Below the pieces are notes generated by a model. It searched no databases, had not been told where the DNA came from, and saw nothing but the letters and a program-made list of their open reading frames with translations. A program made the position numbers and the translations under genes. A stretch of DNA of 64,000 nt from a bacterium (GTDB lineage Bacteria > SAR324 > NAC60-12). The stretch lies in assembly GCA_965205865.1 (NCBI GenBank), contig CBDBHR010000030.1, positions 1-64,000 of the forward strand, given 5' to 3'. Shown piece after piece: positions 11,256-21,762 of this stretch; positions within the stretch are counted from its first letter, which is position 1, and each line of letters opens with the position of its first letter.

Positions 11256-13007
11256 CCCAAATTGAGCGATTCTAAAAAAGGATCAGATTTTCAAGATGAT
11301 TTTTTTGCCTGAGAAAGGCAATCATTCTGAAATCAGATTTTGATCATCAAATCCATGGATGTTTGAGTGAGAATGAGCATCAAAATGCTGTTTTCAGATG
11401 TGGAAGGTCTTCATTTCTCATGTTTTGGACGCACTTATCCCCTTAAACTTTAATGTTTTTGTTTTTTAATTGAAGCGAAACCCGTTGATCAGATTGGCGC
11501 CAATGCGTGCTGGCAGGTGGCAAATAGTTGGTCCAATTGCAAGCGCTCAAAGGTCTTTTTTGGTATTTTCAAGATCAGTTTTCCGGCATGACGAAGCAGT
11601 TTGCCTGCCGTATCAAGAAACTGGCGCCGGAAGGTATCAGCATACATCGTTACCGCAATCACTGGCTTGCTGACATCTTCTTTGAAGGATTCGAAGAGGT
11701 TATTGCCAAGCAGCATCAGATAGTACCATGCGGTATTGGAAATGAAGTCCTTGAAGGGAAGTTGTTGATGACCAAAGTTTTTCAGCGCCCGGTTGGCCAG
11801 TTCATCCTTTCCCCGTCCGTGGTACGAGCCAAGGATGCTATGAGCATCGATGCGCTTTTCTTCAGCGGCTTGGCTGAGTTGGCCATCAATGGCCTCTCCC
11901 ATACCAAGGTTCGTAATGATCACGCCATCATGATCCAAACCCGGCAAAGAGAGTTGGCTATCGTGTTCAATCAAGCGGCTGTAGATCGTGCGACGAGCCT
12001 TCTTCCATGTCCCCTGCTGGCTCTTAAACTCGGTGTACTGCCAGATCTCCTTCTTGCCCGATGAAGTGAAGGTCTGCCAGTCAGTGGCTTCTTCCGCAGC
12101 ATTCCTCACATTGGCATAGGACTTTCCTCCGCTTCAGCTAACCGATGTTCAGTCGTTCACAGGTTTCAAAGATTTTTTCGTCAAAAAAACCGGTGTCCAT
12201 GCGCACCATGATTGGTACATCATCTCGGTATTGGCGGCGAATCCTTTTCACGATATGAACCAGCATATTCTGAACAGTTTTCCCGTGATTCGAATGTTTG
12301 CTACCTCCGCGAAAAACTGCGTCAACCATATAACGACCCCAATTCATCTGCAGGGGATGAAATCCTTTGACCATCTTGTAAGTCGGCTGGACACCATGGC
12401 GTTTCAGGGCATCATCATTATCAAGTACCATCGAATCCAGACCCAACACAATCACCGTTGGACAAGTCTTCTTCAGTCTCCAGATAAACAGTATCTGCAG
12501 CAGATGACGAAACAGGTAGACTCGTACAAAAGAGAACTTTCCAAAAAATCTTTTCACGGCATGCGAGGAGGCAAGGTCTTGCTCACTGCATGACAGCAAG
12601 GCGGCATAACCCTCGCCCCTTTTGAGGTGATCGAACCAACTGAGATGACGGCTGCTGCCGTCCATGAAAAAACAGAGGATCTGCACAAAAAAATCAGAGA
12701 CAGCAATTCCTTTTTTATTTTTACGCATCGAACCAAACAACCTTTCGATGATCGGCATCAGCCGAATGCTTTGCAGATACTGGGCAAACAAGGCCAATCC
12801 GGCACGACTTGTCAAGTGTTCATCGGTTGGCTGAATGGCATCAATTATCTGTTTCTTTTTATCCTGAACTGTTATATTTTTTTCCATAAAGCTCTCTACC
12901 TGTTGGGTTGTGTTAGATTTTGTGAATTTTTTTATTTTAACCACTGAAATATAACACATTTTTCCCAAGGTTGGGAGCTTTTTTTATTACGAATCGCTCA
13001 ACTTAGG
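11256..13007 (-). mobile_element. IS1380-family element copy 1 (1752 bp), transposase split into two ORFs
   Basis: IRs CCCAAATTGAGCGATTC / CCTAAGTTGAGCGATTC. Motifs TSRAGL, LDS, RMDTGF, YHGRGKDE. Flanks TAATT/AAATT. Confidence 0.9.
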
Positions 13008-13424
13008 AAATTGTAACTGCCGCCTCTCTGCGCCTGTATATCTTTTTCGTTGCCCGGATACTCGATCTTCAAATTGGCGGCAAAATCGCGATGGAGCTCG
13101 GGTGGCAGAACCTGCTCATAGGGCATGTCGCTGAGTTCCCGCAGGCTTTCGATGATCGTCGTTCCAGGTGCAAAGACCAGCGCATTTTTCATAAACTTGC
13201 CCTCGGGGTAACGCAAAGACATAGCAAACTCGGTGACGACATTACGTAACTTCCAGTCTGTAGATATGCTTGATCAAAATACTTTTCATGTTAACATGAT
13301 CTATGATATCTTAGCAATGTTTATTGTTTCACAATACAGTTTCTAATGAAATCAGGTAAAAATAGAAAGCATGATCTTGTATTCGTGACTCTAAATAATG
13401 AGCAAATGAAATATGCAAAACAAG

Positions 13425-13582
13425 TTAAGGAATGAAATTTAAATAAGTTAGAAGTATGGATACGCAAAATTAGGGGACAGGTAACAGCAGGAAAACAGTA
13501 GAGTTGGGATGCCGCTGTACATGTCCCCCAATTTTGCTCACACCATTGGAAGAATTACAGGTTATTTAAGGTTTGTTCCTAA
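13425..13582 (-). repeat. Inverted-orientation copy of the GGGGACA palindromic repeat (family A) with flanks
   Basis: Reverse complement of the units at 42206, 46188 and 52239, with small deletions. Confidence 0.85.
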
Positions 13583-13808
13583 GGGCAAAGAAAAATGGGC
13601 GTAATTTTTCAGATGTGATCGAATTTTGCTTGTGTATTTCTGGAAATGCTTATTGGGTTGATGATATTCATAGTGGATACGGACATTCGTTACAATCGCC
13701 ATAAATACAGTATGCAGCGTGTCTCTTTATGGTTTTTGCAGTTTTTGATTTTCATAAGAAGCGATTTAGTTGCATGCGATAGATGCGGCATCGTGGAGAG
13801 TAACTGAC

Positions 13809-14510
13809 ATGCGAATTGAACCTGGTATCAGCGGAGTCAGCATCGTCTTTTTAGGTACTTTTAATCCGGCTATTTTCACTCCTGCCTGGTTTGCACTGCA
13901 TAAATTACTTTCTAAAAGCGTTGCGGAATGCGCGGATTTACAGATAGCGAATCCGTGGATAACGGTATTTACCGCTGATTGGCTTAGCCTGCGGGTAGGG
14001 ACAGAAAAGTTTTCGGCTGAGACCTCTCAGGCGCCCCATGTTCGTGTATGTGACCTTGTCATGCGCGTTTTCAAGGAACATCTGTACCATACGCCTCTTA
14101 AAGCCTTCGGTATCAATCGTGAAATTCATTTTCAAGTGGAAAGTTTCGCTGAACGTGATCGTATTGGAAGGACTTTGGCACCGGTGACGTCGTGGGGAGC
14201 TTGGAGTAAGGAACTCGGTACGGATGGCAAAAATGGTGGAATGACATCTCTGACTATGACACAAATCAATCCCGAAGGAAGGCCTGCAGGAGGACAAATC
14301 AACGTTAAGGTAGAACCATCTCAGCGGGTGGGTGGCGGACAAAATGGAGTTTATGTCAGCGTCAACGATCACTACGTCACTGACAAAACTGGTCCCGAAA
14401 TGGTGGTGGAATTAATGAGATTACTTGAGGATAACTTTGAAAATTCTATAAGGCGTAGCGAAGAGATCGTCAATCACATTATGTCATTGGCGAAAAGTCA
14501 CGAGGATTAG
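13809..14510 (+). CDS. Hypothetical protein, TIGR04255-like
   Basis: RBS GGAGAG before ATG 13809; SIVFLGTFNPAIFTPAWF, AFGIN and VNDHY motifs recalled from this family. Confidence 0.6.
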   Translation: MRIEPGISGVSIVFLGTFNPAIFTPAWFALHKLLSKSVAECADLQIANPWITVFTADWLSLRVGTEKFSAETSQAPHVRVCDLVMRVFKEHLYHTPLKAFGINREIHFQVESFAERDRIGRTLAPVTSWGAWSKELGTDGKNGGMTSLTMTQINPEGRPAGGQINVKVEPSQRVGGGQNGVYVSVNDHYVTDKTGPEMVVELMRLLEDNFENSIRRSEEIVNHIMSLAKSHED

Positions 14511-14514
14511 TTTC

Positions 14515-15123
14515 ATGCCGACAGTCAGTCAATCAACCACAACTCTGAACATCGCACCTTCGAAGCAGAATATCAGTTCTTATGCAGCTATCACACAGGA
14601 TGCTGTACATACCCCCGATGAGGCAATTAAAAAAATTTTATCGAATTGTACGAATGCTGCCTTAACAACCAGCGTATACGAGCATCACGAAGCTACGATA
14701 AACCGACATTCATTTGTTGATCAAGGACAGGATAACAAAAACCTCGAACCCGGCGAAATTTTAAACTTTCCGAATCCACGTCGTCATCGTACCGTGACCT
14801 TTCATGCTCTTCAAGAATGGGAAGGCTATGTCACCGAAATCAATGATACGAATTTCACTGCAAATTTGATTGACCTGACGGCTGGTGCATCATTTGAGAA
14901 AGAAGAAGCTGATATTCCTATCGATGAATTATCGGAAGAGGATGCCTCAAAGATGCTGGTCGGGAGTATTTTTCGATGGGTGATTGGTTACGAAAGATCG
15001 GTATCAGGAACCAAGAAACGTGTCTCCCACATCGTATTTCGCGATCTACCTGCAATAACCAAGTCCGACTTACGAGCAGGGGAGGAGTGGGCGCGTAAAA
15101 TCATGGAAGCATTTAAGCCGTGA
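14515..15123 (+). CDS. Hypothetical protein (C-terminal beta-rich domain LQEWEGYV..GSIFRWVIGYE)
   Basis: 202-aa ORF tightly packed between its neighbours (4-nt gap; GTGA overlap). Confidence 0.7.
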   Translation: MPTVSQSTTTLNIAPSKQNISSYAAITQDAVHTPDEAIKKILSNCTNAALTTSVYEHHEATINRHSFVDQGQDNKNLEPGEILNFPNPRRHRTVTFHALQEWEGYVTEINDTNFTANLIDLTAGASFEKEEADIPIDELSEEDASKMLVGSIFRWVIGYERSVSGTKKRVSHIVFRDLPAITKSDLRAGEEWARKIMEAFKP

Positions 15124-16211
15124 CGGGATCCCTAGCCGCGAGAAGCGCACCACGCCAAAATGAATTTGAGGTAACGTTATTCGGCCCGGGTTATGGGGAG
15201 AGCCTTGTCCTGCATATTGGTGATGGTAACTGGGTAATCATCGATTCATGTATCGACAGTGAGGGGAATCCAAGAGCTTTGAAGTATCTCGACAGCATCA
15301 GTGTCAACCCAACGCAAGCAGTAAAACTAATCGTAGCGACTCACTGGCATGACGATCATATACGCGGGATGACTGAACTGGTCGAAATCTGCTGTAACTC
15401 CAGTTTCTGTTGTGCTACCGCGCTCTGCAATCAAGAGTTTCTTGCCGCCATTGCTGCATTGGAAGGTCGCCACTTTTCAGTTAACGGTTCCGGAGTCCGA
15501 GAAATATACCGAGTAATCACTCAACTTGAATCCAGGGTTTCAAGGCCGACTTTCGCAATCGCAAACCGTCGCATCTACAACCAAAACAACTGCGAAATAT
15601 GGTCGCTTTCTCCTGATGATTCCGCCATCCGGAACTTCTTGAAATCCGCAGGTAATCTGTTCCCCCGAGAGGGCAAGGTTAAGAACCGAATTCAATCTAT
15701 TTCTCCTAATGATGCCGCAGTTGCGCTTTGGGTCGAGGTAGATGATGTTGGGGTATTGCTCGGTTCGGATTTGGAAAAACACGGTTGGATAAGAATTCTA
15801 CAAAATCAAGCACGGCCATCCGGCAAGGCATCGATATTCAAGGTTCCCCACCATGGTTCGAAAAATGCTCACGTTCCAAATGTTTGGAAACAGATGATTG
15901 AACCTGATCCCTTCGCAATACTCACACCTTGGCGCAAGGGCGGAGGAATCTTACCAACGCAACAAGATGTACGACGAATTCTTTGTGAAACGAAAAATGC
16001 ATATATCACCGCGAAGCATGACTCTCTAACCCGGTCGTCTGCGCGCAGAAACCCAACCATTTCTAAAACAATCCGTGAATCAGGCGTTAAACTACGCCAG
16101 CAGGTCATGTCATCCGGAGCGATTCGATTAAGGCGGCCGATCAATTCTCGAATGGGATGGAAGGTCGAGACATTTGGTTCTGCTTGCCATCTCCGTGAGT
16201 TAGCCATATAG
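15120..16211 (+). CDS. Metallo-beta-lactamase-fold hydrolase, ComEC/Rec2-like putative nuclease
   Basis: GYGES, IDS, THWHDDH (HxHxDH), LLGSD and KVPHHGS motifs; no signal peptide or TM segments seen. Confidence 0.85.
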   Translation: MTGSLAARSAPRQNEFEVTLFGPGYGESLVLHIGDGNWVIIDSCIDSEGNPRALKYLDSISVNPTQAVKLIVATHWHDDHIRGMTELVEICCNSSFCCATALCNQEFLAAIAALEGRHFSVNGSGVREIYRVITQLESRVSRPTFAIANRRIYNQNNCEIWSLSPDDSAIRNFLKSAGNLFPREGKVKNRIQSISPNDAAVALWVEVDDVGVLLGSDLEKHGWIRILQNQARPSGKASIFKVPHHGSKNAHVPNVWKQMIEPDPFAILTPWRKGGGILPTQQDVRRILCETKNAYITAKHDSLTRSSARRNPTISKTIRESGVKLRQQVMSSGAIRLRRPINSRMGWKVETFGSACHLRELAI

Positions 16212-16471
16212 CGTAGTTTGCCCATCCCAAAGTATCCGAGCAAGAAGTTTCGCCCTTTCAAAAAGCTCGTCATGGATGAAATCCCGTACGTCCCTTGGAC
16301 GAAAATGTCACCTATCGAGCCTGGCGCAAACTCGTCAAGGGCATGCTGAAATTTCCCGCGCCGATTCTGCGGAACGTCCGGATGGATCAGTGACTGAATT
16401 AGAAGGTCCGTAAAAAGGAGGGGCGACGACGAATCCCGTGCTTCAGGCCGACAGTCTGTTGGTAGGAATCT

Positions 16472-17344
16472 TTATCTGTTTCCCGGTGGCTCGTCGTCGC
16501 GAATGCGCAAGAAGACCGGGAACCGCGGTTTGCCCGTGGCGGTGAATCCTTGGTGCTTGAAGGTGACGGTAGTGCCAATGGGCGGCGGATTCTTATGCTC
16601 TTCGTCGGAAAACCCGCTGCCAATTCTAATGATGGCGCCCTGCGCAGTTCGCACCGTGACACTTCCCATCAGCCCGGCGAGCCTTCCCCGGCCGGGATTG
16701 TGGGTGATCACGATTCCTTCCGCGTCATCGAATCGTTTCAGTTTCAATAAATCCATGCTGCGCCCGCCATGGTAGCGAGAGTCGCCACGATGCAGCATCA
16801 GTCCTTCGCCACCGTTGGCAACGACGGTGTCCAGCTTTTCCAGCAGCGACTTGTGGTCAGGAAATTTGCGCTGTTCGATGACGGTGAGAAATTCGCTTGC
16901 CGATGCAGCGACGGCGGTCCGCAGATTTTGCAGCCGTTCATCAAACGTACCGGGGTCTTCGGGCAAGTCAAAGACCATGTAGCGCACTTGTCGCCAGCCG
17001 TCGTGTGGCGTGTGGCGGGATACGATGGATGCCGTCTCTTCAAACTGCCCGCGCCCGACCCACAGCTCGCCATCCAATACGACAGACGGGAAGTCGGCGG
17101 TAAACCACGATGGCGCCGCAAAGGTGTTGCCGCCACGCGAAATCAGCTGTTTGCCGTCCCAGAACGCCCGCACGCCGTCCAGTTTTTCGCTCACCCAATA
17201 GGCAGCAAGGTCAATATCCTCGTGGTATTTTTCAGCGAGGAGCAGAGCCGGCTTGTCTTCGGCGACAACCGCCGTCGTGAGAAGAATCGCGAGAATAACG
17301 CCTGTGGCGGGGGAAACAGATAACCTGAATAAAACGCGCTTCAT
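16472..17344 (-). CDS. ATP-dependent DNA ligase with N-terminal signal peptide (Lig E type)
   Basis: SEKLDGVRA, LDGEL, VFDLP, GEGLML, LLKLK and OB-fold IGSGFSD motifs; hydrophobic leader ending AVVA. Confidence 0.9.
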   Translation of the reverse strand: MKRVLFRLSVSPATGVILAILLTTAVVAEDKPALLLAEKYHEDIDLAAYWVSEKLDGVRAFWDGKQLISRGGNTFAAPSWFTADFPSVVLDGELWVGRGQFEETASIVSRHTPHDGWRQVRYMVFDLPEDPGTFDERLQNLRTAVAASASEFLTVIEQRKFPDHKSLLEKLDTVVANGGEGLMLHRGDSRYHGGRSMDLLKLKRFDDAEGIVITHNPGRGRLAGLMGSVTVRTAQGAIIRIGSGFSDEEHKNPPPIGTTVTFKHQGFTATGKPRFPVFLRIRDDEPPGNR

Positions 17345-17747
17345 CTTTGGGTTCCTTGCTTAATCACCGTGGCCTTTCCAAGGACGCATAGTGCGATAGT
17401 ATGCTGTTTTTTCGGAATGACGTCGCTTATGGATCAATGAATGATTCTCTCGAACTAAACGCTTGAAATGAAAACAATATCTTCCGACTTGAATCTTCCT
17501 GAGTCACAACAGAAAATTGATCTTGAAAGTAGCCAAAACTACCTTTGAGGGCATGCAGTTGGATCGACTGTTTGTCACATGCCGGCAAGCATTGGCGTCG
17601 ATTTGATCAACTGCTTTTGTTTCTATAAAAAAGCACTAGAGCTAAAGAGAATGAATGCGTCCACAATATGAGAAATGAAACCCCAGAGAATTCCTTCAAT
17701 GTCGACTTCGTTTTGGACATGGTAACAATGCCTGAACTCTCATCCGT

Positions 17748-17878
17748 AGGGAAGATGTGTTATATTTCAGGGAGTAAAAACAAAATTACGACAAAATCTG
17801 ACACGACCCAGCAGGTAGAAAACTTTAAAAAGATACAACAATTCAGGATAAAAAGAAACAGAAAATTGATGCCATTCT
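17748..17878 (+). mobile_element. Degenerate IS1380 5' remnant
   Basis: Similar to 56168-56320 (ATGTGTTATATTTCAG..CAGGATAAAAAGAAACAG..ATTGATGCCATTC). Confidence 0.6.
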
Positions 17879-18226
17879 GAGCAGTCCAAATAAAATTTTG
17901 GCGGCTGCTAATCCAGACCAACGAGCCCGACGAAGGACATTGTGATAATTTCAAAAATCAGAGATGTTTCCCAGACCAACGACTCTCAAACAAGAAGCAA
18001 CCGTGCGATGTCCCTGGCAAAGAATCGCTCCCGTGACGAAGAAAAAAGCTGTCTAAATGACTCTAAAAAGATTATAAATTCATTGGGAAGAGATAACATG
18101 GCAATCTTCTCTATGCATGGTTTTTTTGGAAACTCCACCATACAGAATGTTGGTCTGAATCTCTTCCTGAAAATTTACTCAAATGTCCAAAGTCCAGTTT
18201 ACTATTGAAGCGAAACCCGAAACAAT

Positions 18227-18877
18227 ATGCCCAACATACTCACAATCCCGACTCTCAAAGCCGAAGCAACTGACTTTGCGCGTCAGGAATCCACCCATCT
18301 GGAGCCGTCGTTGTTTGGTGTTACCGACGGGAAGGCTGTTGGCACCTATCTGGAGCACAAATTCCAAGCCTACCTCCAAACCAAATATGAATACATAGAA
18401 GGTTCTTCAGCAAAAGGGATAGATTTTCCAGAATTGGGAGTCGATATCAAGGTCACCAGTATTCGCCAGCCACAATCATCTTGTCCTTTCAAGTCGTCAC
18501 GGCAGAAAATTTATGGGCTTGACTACAATCTTCTGGTCTTCGTCTACGAGAAATCCGATGCCGAACAGACACACACGGGACGACTGAATATTCTACACAC
18601 CGTTTATATCGACCAGTCCAGAACATCCGACTTTCAAACTACATCAGGACTTGTCAAAATCATTGAAAACAGAGGGAACATCGACGACATAGTTGCATTT
18701 TTCGGCGAGCGAATGCTTCTCCTCGACGACGTTCAGGCTCAAGCGCTTGCCGAAGAAGTGCTGGAAAACCCACCTCAGATTGGGTATTTGACAATCTCGA
18801 ACGCACTTCAATGGCGGCTGCAATACAGACGTGTTATCCAACAAGCAGGAATCGTGACGGGAATCGACGCACTATGA
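18227..18877 (+). CDS. Type II restriction endonuclease (PD-(D/E)XK)
   Basis: GIDFPELGVDIK catalytic-like motif; ATGA overlap with the methyltransferase. Confidence 0.75.
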   Translation: MPNILTIPTLKAEATDFARQESTHLEPSLFGVTDGKAVGTYLEHKFQAYLQTKYEYIEGSSAKGIDFPELGVDIKVTSIRQPQSSCPFKSSRQKIYGLDYNLLVFVYEKSDAEQTHTGRLNILHTVYIDQSRTSDFQTTSGLVKIIENRGNIDDIVAFFGERMLLLDDVQAQALAEEVLENPPQIGYLTISNALQWRLQYRRVIQQAGIVTGIDAL

Positions 18878-20400
18878 GCGCTAAAAAGGAATTTGGAGAT
18901 TTTCAGACCCCCGATGGTCTGGCCCACAAGGTTACCATGCTGGTGGCAGATATTTTCGGAACTCCTGATTTGGTCGTGGAACCAACCGCGGGTTTTGGAG
19001 CTTTTCTCGCAGCATCCGTTGATCAATGGGGGCGGGATTGCCACTACGAGGGATATGAAGTCAACCGGCAATATGTTGACCTCGCTTGCAATCGCCTGGA
19101 AGGACTTGGGGTTGAGCTATTTCATCGCGATTTCTTCTCCGAGGACTGGAAACACAATCTCAACAGAAGCGGAGCGAAAAGGGTTCTTGTCATCGGCAAT
19201 CCCCCTTGGGTTACCAACTCTGATCTAGGTCTTCTGGGGAGTAAAAACCTTCCCAAGAAGATGAATTTTCAGGGCTTACGAGGGTTTGATGCACGCACCG
19301 GAAAGTCCAATTTTGACATCGCCGAGTGGATGTTGATCCGGTTGATCGAGGCTCTGCCTGCGGAGGGGGTCGTTGCAATGCTGTGTAAGACGATGACGGC
19401 CCGAAAAGTTTTGCGCCATTTCTGGAAGAGCGACGGAGGACGAGAGAACTCCTGTCTATTTCAGATAGATGCCAAGGCTGCATTTGACGTTGCGGTTGAT
19501 GCTTGTCTTTTCATGACGACCGGACAAGTCATCAATGATCGAATAGCCACTGTTTTTTCTGATCTTGATATTTACTCCAATTCTACGCAGTTCGGCTTCA
19601 TCGACGGAGACCTTGTATCAGATATCACGACGTATATGAGGCGCAGGGACTTTGATGGCGGTTCTTCGGCATATACATGGCGATCGGGAATCAAGCACGA
19701 TGCAGTCAAGATCATGGAATTCACCCACGACGGACGTCTGTTGCGCAACGGACTGGGAGAAGCAGTCGAATTAGAAAAAGAGCTTATTTACCCGCTTCTG
19801 AAGTCCTCAGATCTGGGGAATGGACGGATCATTCCTCGTAAGTGTGTGCTGCTCACTCAACATCATACAGGGGACGATACCTCGATCATCGAGTCCATCG
19901 CGCCAAAGACGTGGAAGTATTTGCTCTCGCATAGCGAAGCCCTTGATGGACGGCGAAGCTCTATTTACCAGAATCGCCCCCGATTTTCAGTATTCGGTAT
20001 TGGACGTTATTCGCTCGCACCTTGGAAGGTGGCAATTTCCGGACTCTACAAGTCATTCGGGTTTGTTGTTGTACCGCCAATCAATGATCGTCCCGTCATG
20101 ATTGATGATACGTGCTACTCGATTCCGTGCCATACAGAGGCAGAGGCCAATCTATTGTGCGAGCTACTATCCTCAGGATCGGCTATTGAGTTTCTCAGTT
20201 CGCTTGTATTCACAGATTCAAAACGTCCCATCACCATAGATGTGCTCCGGCGCATATCCATAGTCGAAGTGGCAAGGCACCTCGAAAGGTTGCATGAGCT
20301 TCAGTATTTTATTCACTGCGGAGTTCCCGACGAAAGCACTGAGCAGCAGATGTCTCTACTCATGGAGCCGAAACAAAAATATCGCATAAGACGGGATTGA
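18874..20400 (+). CDS. Amino (N6A/N4C) DNA methyltransferase
   Basis: GDFQTP, VEPTAGFGAF (SAM binding) and IGNPPW (motif IV). Confidence 0.88.
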   Translation: MSAKKEFGDFQTPDGLAHKVTMLVADIFGTPDLVVEPTAGFGAFLAASVDQWGRDCHYEGYEVNRQYVDLACNRLEGLGVELFHRDFFSEDWKHNLNRSGAKRVLVIGNPPWVTNSDLGLLGSKNLPKKMNFQGLRGFDARTGKSNFDIAEWMLIRLIEALPAEGVVAMLCKTMTARKVLRHFWKSDGGRENSCLFQIDAKAAFDVAVDACLFMTTGQVINDRIATVFSDLDIYSNSTQFGFIDGDLVSDITTYMRRRDFDGGSSAYTWRSGIKHDAVKIMEFTHDGRLLRNGLGEAVELEKELIYPLLKSSDLGNGRIIPRKCVLLTQHHTGDDTSIIESIAPKTWKYLLSHSEALDGRRSSIYQNRPRFSVFGIGRYSLAPWKVAISGLYKSFGFVVVPPINDRPVMIDDTCYSIPCHTEAEANLLCELLSSGSAIEFLSSLVFTDSKRPITIDVLRRISIVEVARHLERLHELQYFIHCGVPDESTEQQMSLLMEPKQKYRIRRD

Positions 20401-20445
20401 TCGGATGGAAATCCTCCCCCAAGCGATTCCTCCCGGACGTAATAC

Positions 20446-21762
20446 TCACATATGTCTGGTGGACTCGGGGATCAGTCCTCTGGGATTGAAACGAAGGACC
20501 AGGAGCAAGATGGTACCCATGCAGATCATGCGCATGTGGGCGGCACTTTCGAGGAGGTGCTTTTTGAGGCTGTTGTCATCAGCAAGGCCTGCAGTTATCA
20601 GCTCCATCAGGAAGAGCCCCACCGGTTCCGCTTCAACCCAGACGAACCAGACGAGGAAGCCTCCCAGCACCGAACCCCAGTTATTGCCCGAGCCCCCGAC
20701 AATGACCATCACCCAGATCAGAAAGGTGAAACGCAGGGGATTGTAGGTGGTTGGAGTGAACTGGCCGTCGAGGGTTGTCAGCATAGCGCCCGCAATTCCG
20801 ACGACGGCGGAGCCCAGAATGAAAATCTGTAAATGCTGGCCGGTGACGTCTTTTCCCATTGCTTCCGCCGCTTCGTGATTGTCTCGAATAGCGCGCATCA
20901 TGCGTCCCCAGGGGGATCGCAATGCTTGTTCGGCAAGCCAGAATATAATGAGCAGCACGATCGTAAACAATCCCGCATAACAGAGCTTGACAAAAATCGA
21001 AGAGGCTTCGATGACTCCCACGCCAAGCCAGCCAGCCCAGGAAATGAACCAATCGAATTGTTGCAGATCGATTTCATAAGGAACCGGTCGGGGCAAACCC
21101 GTGACGTTCTTGACGCCGCGGGTGAGCCAATCTTCGTTTTTAAGGATGGCGATGATGATTTCCGCAATTCCCAGCGTGGCAATTGCCAGATAATCTGTTC
21201 TGAGACCCAGGGTGACTTTGCCAACGATCCAGGCGGCGGCGGCGGCAAGTATTCCGCCCACCAACCATGAGAAGACAATGGGCGCGCCAAGCCCGCCCAG
21301 ATAACCTTCTTTGGCAGCATTGACTGCCTCGATGGCCTCCACTGCAGGATCAAAAAAAACTCGTATCAGAAAAAATCCCAAAATCGCGACAACAAATGAA
21401 ACGAGGTAACGCATTCCAGGTTTTGGAAGTTTGCGTTTTAAATAAAGGATCAGGCCTATTGTCAGAAGCAATGCCGCCAGCGCCCCCATGAGATTCATTC
21501 CCCCTGCCGACCAGGCGTCTGAAACCGGCTCTTTGGAAACCAACATTCCGGCCATCCCGCCCATGGCCGCAAATCCCATGATGCCCACGTTGAACAATCC
21601 ACTGTAGCCCCACTGCATGTTGACTCCGAGAGCCATGATGGCTGATATGAGACAAAGATTGAGAATCGAAAGGCTGACCGACCAACTCTGCGCCCAACCA
21701 ACCACGAGGAAAAGCGCAGCCATCAACGCAAAATAAAAAATGTGACGTATATTCTCAGTCAA
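20446..21762 (-). CDS. livM: Branched-chain amino acid ABC permease
   Basis: GYSGLFNVG, DYLAIATLG, SPWGRMMRAIRDN. Confidence 0.9.
   Translation of the reverse strand: MTENIRHIFYFALMAALFLVVGWAQSWSVSLSILNLCLISAIMALGVNMQWGYSGLFNVGIMGFAAMGGMAGMLVSKEPVSDAWSAGGMNLMGALAALLLTIGLILYLKRKLPKPGMRYLVSFVVAILGFFLIRVFFDPAVEAIEAVNAAKEGYLGGLGAPIVFSWLVGGILAAAAAWIVGKVTLGLRTDYLAIATLGIAEIIIAILKNEDWLTRGVKNVTGLPRPVPYEIDLQQFDWFISWAGWLGVGVIEASSIFVKLCYAGLFTIVLLIIFWLAEQALRSPWGRMMRAIRDNHEAAEAMGKDVTGQHLQIFILGSAVVGIAGAMLTTLDGQFTPTTYNPLRFTFLIWVMVIVGGSGNNWGSVLGGFLVWFVWVEAEPVGLFLMELITAGLADDNSLKKHLLESAAHMRMICMGTILLLVLRFNPRGLIPESTRHM

Noticed and set aside
16258-16360. IS21 istB remnant (LVMDEIPYVP)
   Set aside because: Too short to support.
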